Assembly (NCBI GenBank): GCA_040079715.1
Contig: JBEBJW010000001.1
Coordinates: forward strand, 1-29,777
Origin: Myxococcota bacterium
GTDB lineage: Bacteria > Myxococcota_A > UBA796 > GCA-2862545
Direction of reading: 5' to 3'
Length of the DNA stretch: 29,777 nt
Shown: one piece after another, positions 25,617-29,777 of the stretch
Layout of the letters: every line of letters starts with the position of its first letter
Numbering within the stretch: position 1 is the first letter of the stretch
The notes under the pieces: generated by a model
The model's input: the letters and a program-made list of their open reading frames with translations, nothing else
Told to the model about the DNA's origin: nothing
Database searches by the model: none
Translations under genes and position numbers: made by a program

Positions 25617-26882
25617 CTACGGCTCCGACACCAGGATCCGCGCCACGCACATCTCGTCCGTCGTCTCCTCGCCCCACCACACGTCCTGGTCGGTCCGGTT
25701 GTCGTACAGACACGACAGGCGGAGCTGATCGGTCGGCCGGAGCGAGAACGGCTCCTGGAGCCAGTACTCGAGCTGCCAATCGTAGTCCCACCGCGGGATG
25801 TCGAGCAGGGTCAGCGTCTCGTCGCCGCGGATCACCTCGAGCTTCGCCGAGACTCCGGTGGTGTGCATGTGGAGCAGCACCCAGTGCACGAGCACGCCGT
25901 CTTCGTCGTGGAACTCCGGGAGCGCGTCCGTCTCGCCGGACACGGTGGTGGTCAGCGTGTGGCGCTGGCGCTCGCCCGCAGGCACCGCCACGCTGTTGTG
26001 CCGCGACCACGCCGAGGTGCCGATCTTCACGTCGGCGGCCTTGCGATCCACCTCGTCGGCCAGGGTGAACTCGACCCGCGACCAGTCCGGCGCGCCGTCG
26101 GACCCGGGGGTGAAGTAGTGGGCCTTCAGGATCACGGTGGCGTCGGCGGGCAGGTGCATCCCCACGCCGTCCGGGAACGACTCGGCCCCGCGGCCCGGGA
26201 GCCAGCCGCCGAGCTGGACGTAGTCTCCGGGGAACGACGAGCCGCCGGTCTCCTCCGGCTTGCACGCGAACCCGGGGCCGGGGTCCCCCGCGTCGGCGAG
26301 CTGAGGTGTGTTCTCGGCGTCGGTCGGGGTGACGGCCACCAGCATCATGTGATGCGCGCCGGACCCCGCGCCGGGTCGGATCCGCAGCCCGGTGACCCAC
26401 GCGTCGCCGATCGCGCTCCGGTCGAGCACGAAGCACCGGTTGTCGTCCGGGACCACCGTCGGGACGTAGCCGTCGTCCATCCGCAGGGTGACGTCCACGT
26501 CGTCGAGGGCCTGCGGCTCGGGCCCGGACAGCAGCGCGTCCGGGTCGCCGTCCCCGAGCGGCCCGTCGGCGTCGGCCCACGCGGTGACCGTCGCGATCTC
26601 GTCGTCCGTCAGCGAGGGATCGTCCAAGAACGCCACGTCGCCCGGACCGGCGCGCCACGGTGGCATCGTGCGCGACGCGACGACCGACCCGATCACCGGC
26701 GCGAACGCCTGGAACTCGCGCCAGGTCCGCAGCGGGATCGTCAGCCCGGTCCCGTCGTGGCACCCGGCGCACCGCGCGACGATCGGGGCCACCTCGACCC
26801 AGGTGGGCGGGGCGTGGCGAGGCCCGTGGGGCGCATCGGCGGCGCACCCGATCGCGAACAGCACCGGCATCCAGCGGCTCAC
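25617..26882 (-). CDS. Lipoprotein: N-terminal heme c domain plus copper type II (PHM/DBH-like) monooxygenase
   Basis: AIGC lipobox, CAGCH, MPPW, HHM, HY, HMH, WDYDWQ..Y, CLYDN, DEMC. Start GTG 26882 or ATG 26870. Confidence 0.82.
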   Translation of the reverse strand: MSRWMPVLFAIGCAADAPHGPRHAPPTWVEVAPIVARCAGCHDGTGLTIPLRTWREFQAFAPVIGSVVASRTMPPWRAGPGDVAFLDDPSLTDDEIATVTAWADADGPLGDGDPDALLSGPEPQALDDVDVTLRMDDGYVPTVVPDDNRCFVLDRSAIGDAWVTGLRIRPGAGSGAHHMMLVAVTPTDAENTPQLADAGDPGPGFACKPEETGGSSFPGDYVQLGGWLPGRGAESFPDGVGMHLPADATVILKAHYFTPGSDGAPDWSRVEFTLADEVDRKAADVKIGTSAWSRHNSVAVPAGERQRHTLTTTVSGETDALPEFHDEDGVLVHWVLLHMHTTGVSAKLEVIRGDETLTLLDIPRWDYDWQLEYWLQEPFSLRPTDQLRLSCLYDNRTDQDVWWGEETTDEMCVARILVSEP

Positions 26883-26919
26883 CCGGTGGATATACCGCGG
26901 CGACGCCCGGGCCGGGGCC

Positions 26920-28263
26920 TCACGGCGCGAACACCTCCTGGACCCACCCGCAGGTGCCGCCGTTCAGGCAAGGATGACAGGTCGACGGGTCGTCGGCGGT
27001 GCACCCGATCGCGCCGGCGCCGTCGGAGGGCGGCGTCAGCGTCGGCGCCCCGCTCGACACCACCTCGACGAACGCCCACAGCACCCCCTGCTCGTCGCGG
27101 CTGTGGAAATACGACTGGACCGCGTCGCCGTAGTGGAGCCAGTGCTTGGTCGTGCTGTTCTGGGCCCAGTACAGGTACGCCCCGTGCGGGTACACGAAGA
27201 AGAAGTCGACCTCCGCGCCGTTGTCGAGGCAGTACACGCTCGGGTCGGGCGGGGTGCGGGTCGTGCACGGGTGCGCGCCGGCGGGCCAGGTCACCGTCGC
27301 CGCGTGGGCAGACGGGGTGAGCGCGCCGCCGGAGGTCGCGCCGCACGCGGTGGACGCGCAGTCGTCGCGGCCCTCGTCGCACCGGTTGACCTCGCCGCAG
27401 GTCGGGTTCGAGCCCGCGCAGGTCGTCGGGGCGCCGCACGCCTCGTGGACCTCGTAGTCGGCGCCCGCCGGTCCGAGCGCGCACGGGTGGGTCGGATCGT
27501 CCCCGGCGTACGCGATCGACGTCGGGTCGGCGTAGATCCACCCCTGGACGTGGCTCGCTCCGCTGTACGCGTAGCCCCAGTAGTACCCGGCGATCCCCGG
27601 TCGGAGCGGCGGAGTCGAGTCCTGGCACGCCGCCTCGTCCGGATCGCCGCACCCGTCGCCGGGCCAGCACGCGGCGGACGGGTCGTAGTACGGGCCGGTC
27701 GACGACAGCGCCACGAACGCCCCGGCCGGGATCCGCTGGAGGACGACGCCCGCGGTCGTCGGCCCGGGGGTGTAGGTCGGGTCGGTGGTCGCGCCGGAGA
27801 AGTCGCCCGAGATCTGGATCGTCTCGCGCAGGACCCGGAACGGGTAGTAGCCGACGTTGATCCCGCGGGCGGTCCACGCCTGGTCGAGATCGTCGCACCG
27901 GCCACCACCGTCGGTCGACGCTTGCTCGAACGGGACGCAGTCCGCGGCGGTGCACGTGTTGGGGGTGACCGTCCCGCACGCGCTCCACGGGGCGCACCCG
28001 CCGCAGTCGAGCGTCGCGCCGCACCCGTCGTCGAGGACGCCGCAGTCGGCCCCCGCCGCGTCGCAGGTCGTCGGGACGCACCCGGTGCCCGTTCCGTCGC
28101 CGGGGGTGTCGCCGGTGTGGGTCGTGGGGGCAGCGGTGTCGCCGATCGCGGCGTCGGTCGGGCCGGTCCGGTCGGTGGCGCCGGCGTCGGTCGACGGGTC
28201 CGCGGTCGGCGGGCAGCCGAGGAGCAGGGTCCATCCCAGGGCGAGCGACCACGCGACCGACAT
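26920..28263 (-). CDS. Cys-rich lipoprotein, possibly with two SH3b-like domains, 447 aa
   Basis: LLGC lipobox; CVPTTC...CG...DGCG..LDCG.C repeat; segments ending GWIY and CGWVQ. Confidence 0.7.
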   Translation of the reverse strand: MSVAWSLALGWTLLLGCPPTADPSTDAGATDRTGPTDAAIGDTAAPTTHTGDTPGDGTGTGCVPTTCDAAGADCGVLDDGCGATLDCGGCAPWSACGTVTPNTCTAADCVPFEQASTDGGGRCDDLDQAWTARGINVGYYPFRVLRETIQISGDFSGATTDPTYTPGPTTAGVVLQRIPAGAFVALSSTGPYYDPSAACWPGDGCGDPDEAACQDSTPPLRPGIAGYYWGYAYSGASHVQGWIYADPTSIAYAGDDPTHPCALGPAGADYEVHEACGAPTTCAGSNPTCGEVNRCDEGRDDCASTACGATSGGALTPSAHAATVTWPAGAHPCTTRTPPDPSVYCLDNGAEVDFFFVYPHGAYLYWAQNSTTKHWLHYGDAVQSYFHSRDEQGVLWAFVEVVSSGAPTLTPPSDGAGAIGCTADDPSTCHPCLNGGTCGWVQEVFAP

Positions 28264-28355
28264 CGGACCCTCCGTCGCCGCACGATAGCCCGCGGACGGG
28301 TCGGGCCGGGCGTTACAGGTGCCGACGGCCGATGCCCGGCCGATGGACGGAGCGC

Positions 28356-29777
28356 ATGAGCACCGACGACCTGTGGACCGAGCTCGTGGGCGAGCTGCGC
28401 GCGGTGACGCGGCTGAACGAGATCCGGGCCGTGTTGACCTGGGACCAGCAGGTCACCCTGCCGGCAGGAGGGCACGGGGCCCGGGCCGAGCAGCTCGCGC
28501 TGTTGTACGCGCTCCACCACGCCCGGTTCGCGGCCCCCCGGGTCGGCGAGCTGCTCCACACGCTGTCCGACCGGGACGACCTCGACGACGCCCAGCGGGC
28601 GGGCGTCCGGAACATGTTGCGGGCGTGGCGGCGCGAGGCGGCGGTCCCGGCCGAGCTGGTCGAGCGGCTCGGGCGGCTGCAGGGCACCGGGCACGAGGCC
28701 TGGATGGCCGCCCGGGCGGGCAACGAGTTCGGCCTGTTCGCCCCGGTGCTCGGCGAGCTGATCGAGGTGTCACGGGCCCGCGCCGCGGCGATCGACGGGT
28801 CGAAGCCGGCGTACGACGTGTTGGTCGACGAGTTCGAGCCCGGGACCTCCGTGGCGACGCTGGTCCCGCTGTTCGCCCGCCTGCGCGACGGCCTTGTGCG
28901 GCTGATCGACGCGATCCGGGGCGTCGCGCCGATGCCCACCGCCACCGGCGACTACCCGCCCGACGCGCAGCTCGCCCTGATGCGGACCCTCGCCGCCACC
29001 GTCGGCTACGACCTCGACGCGGGGCGGGTCGACCTCGCGACCCACCCGTTCACGATCAACCTCGGGCCGGGCGACGTCCGGGTCACCACCCGCCTGGATC
29101 CGAGGGACCTGCTGATGGGGATCGGCGGGACGATGCACGAGGTCGGCCACGCAGTGTACGAGCAGGGGCTCCCGTCGCACCTCGTCGGCACCGGGCTCGA
29201 GGGACCGGCGTCGATGGGGCTCCACGAGTCGCAGAGCCGGTTCTGGGAGAACACGATCGGCCGGTCGCTGCCGTTCTTCCGGTGGCTCGAGGGGCCGCTG
29301 CGCGAGCGGTTCGGCGCCGGCGCCCCCACGGCCGACGCGCTGTTCCGGTCGGCGAACCGGGTCGTGCCGGGTCCGAACCGGGTGTCGGCCGACGAGGTGA
29401 CCTACAACCTGCACGTCGCCGTCCGGTTCGAGCTCGAGCGGGGCCTGATCGGCGGCACCCTCGCGGTCCGCGACCTGCGCGACGCGTGGAACGAGGCGTA
29501 CCGGCGAGACCTCGGGGTCGATCCGGGCGACGACCTGACCGGCGTGCTGCAGGACATCCACTGGTCGTCGGGGGCGTTCGGGTACTTCCCGACCTACACC
29601 CTCGGCAACCTGTACGCGGCCTCGATCGGGCGGACGATCGAGCGCGAGCTGCCCGCGCTGTGGGACCAGGTGGGCCGCGGGGAGCTGGCGCCGATCCTCG
29701 CCTGGCTCCGTGACCGGGTGCACCGCCACGGGCACCGGTGGGACGCGCCGGAGCTGGTCCGGCGGGTGGTTGGGGAC
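28356..29777 (+). CDS. M32 carboxypeptidase (Taq family), truncated by the window end
   Basis: Hand translation: LTWDQQVTLP, HPF, DVRVTTR, MHEVGHAVYEQG (HEXXH), HESQSRFWEN, DEVTYNLH, LQDIHW, GYFPTYTLGN; no stop before 29777. Absent from the ORF track. Confidence 0.95.
   Translation, partial: MSTDDLWTELVGELRAVTRLNEIRAVLTWDQQVTLPAGGHGARAEQLALLYALHHARFAAPRVGELLHTLSDRDDLDDAQRAGVRNMLRAWRREAAVPAELVERLGRLQGTGHEAWMAARAGNEFGLFAPVLGELIEVSRARAAAIDGSKPAYDVLVDEFEPGTSVATLVPLFARLRDGLVRLIDAIRGVAPMPTATGDYPPDAQLALMRTLAATVGYDLDAGRVDLATHPFTINLGPGDVRVTTRLDPRDLLMGIGGTMHEVGHAVYEQGLPSHLVGTGLEGPASMGLHESQSRFWENTIGRSLPFFRWLEGPLRERFGAGAPTADALFRSANRVVPGPNRVSADEVTYNLHVAVRFELERGLIGGTLAVRDLRDAWNEAYRRDLGVDPGDDLTGVLQDIHWSSGAFGYFPTYTLGNLYAASIGRTIERELPALWDQVGRGELAPILAWLRDRVHRHGHRWDAPELVRRVVGD

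Noticed and set aside
28319-29735. Listed ORFs 28319-29713 (+) and 28770-29735 (-)
   Set aside because: Wrong frames; the real gene is the M32 peptidase from 28356, which runs off the window.

Overview
Very GC-rich bacterial chromosomal window; gene content and style suggest an uncultured Myxococcota/deltaproteobacterium (inference). About 27 genes, mostly housekeeping or secreted/lipoprotein genes: an M16 peptidase pair, a LEA_2 lipoprotein, a Cip1-like protein, a PmbA-like protein, a Shewanella-like phosphatase, a pectinacetylesterase/Notum-like esterase, the large NAD-glutamate dehydrogenase, a histidine phosphatase, an arylsulfotransferase-like protein, an SMP-30 propeller, PuuD, a heme-c/copper type II monooxygenase and a partial M32 carboxypeptidase. 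The first 3.5 kb is the most unusual part: an orphan Gp5/VgrG-type spike gene, an apparent XRE-HTH fused to an SspB-like ClpXP adaptor with an XB-like tail, a Phd-like/PIN toxin-antitoxin pair, and two tandem Flp pilins missed by the ORF track. Also notable are a coupled AhpD-like (ExxC) plus flavoprotein module resembling arsenic-associated families, and recurrent ultra-short lipoprotein signal peptides. No CRISPR array, rRNA, tRNA or IS element was seen. Family calls come from motif recognition by eye, not from database searches.
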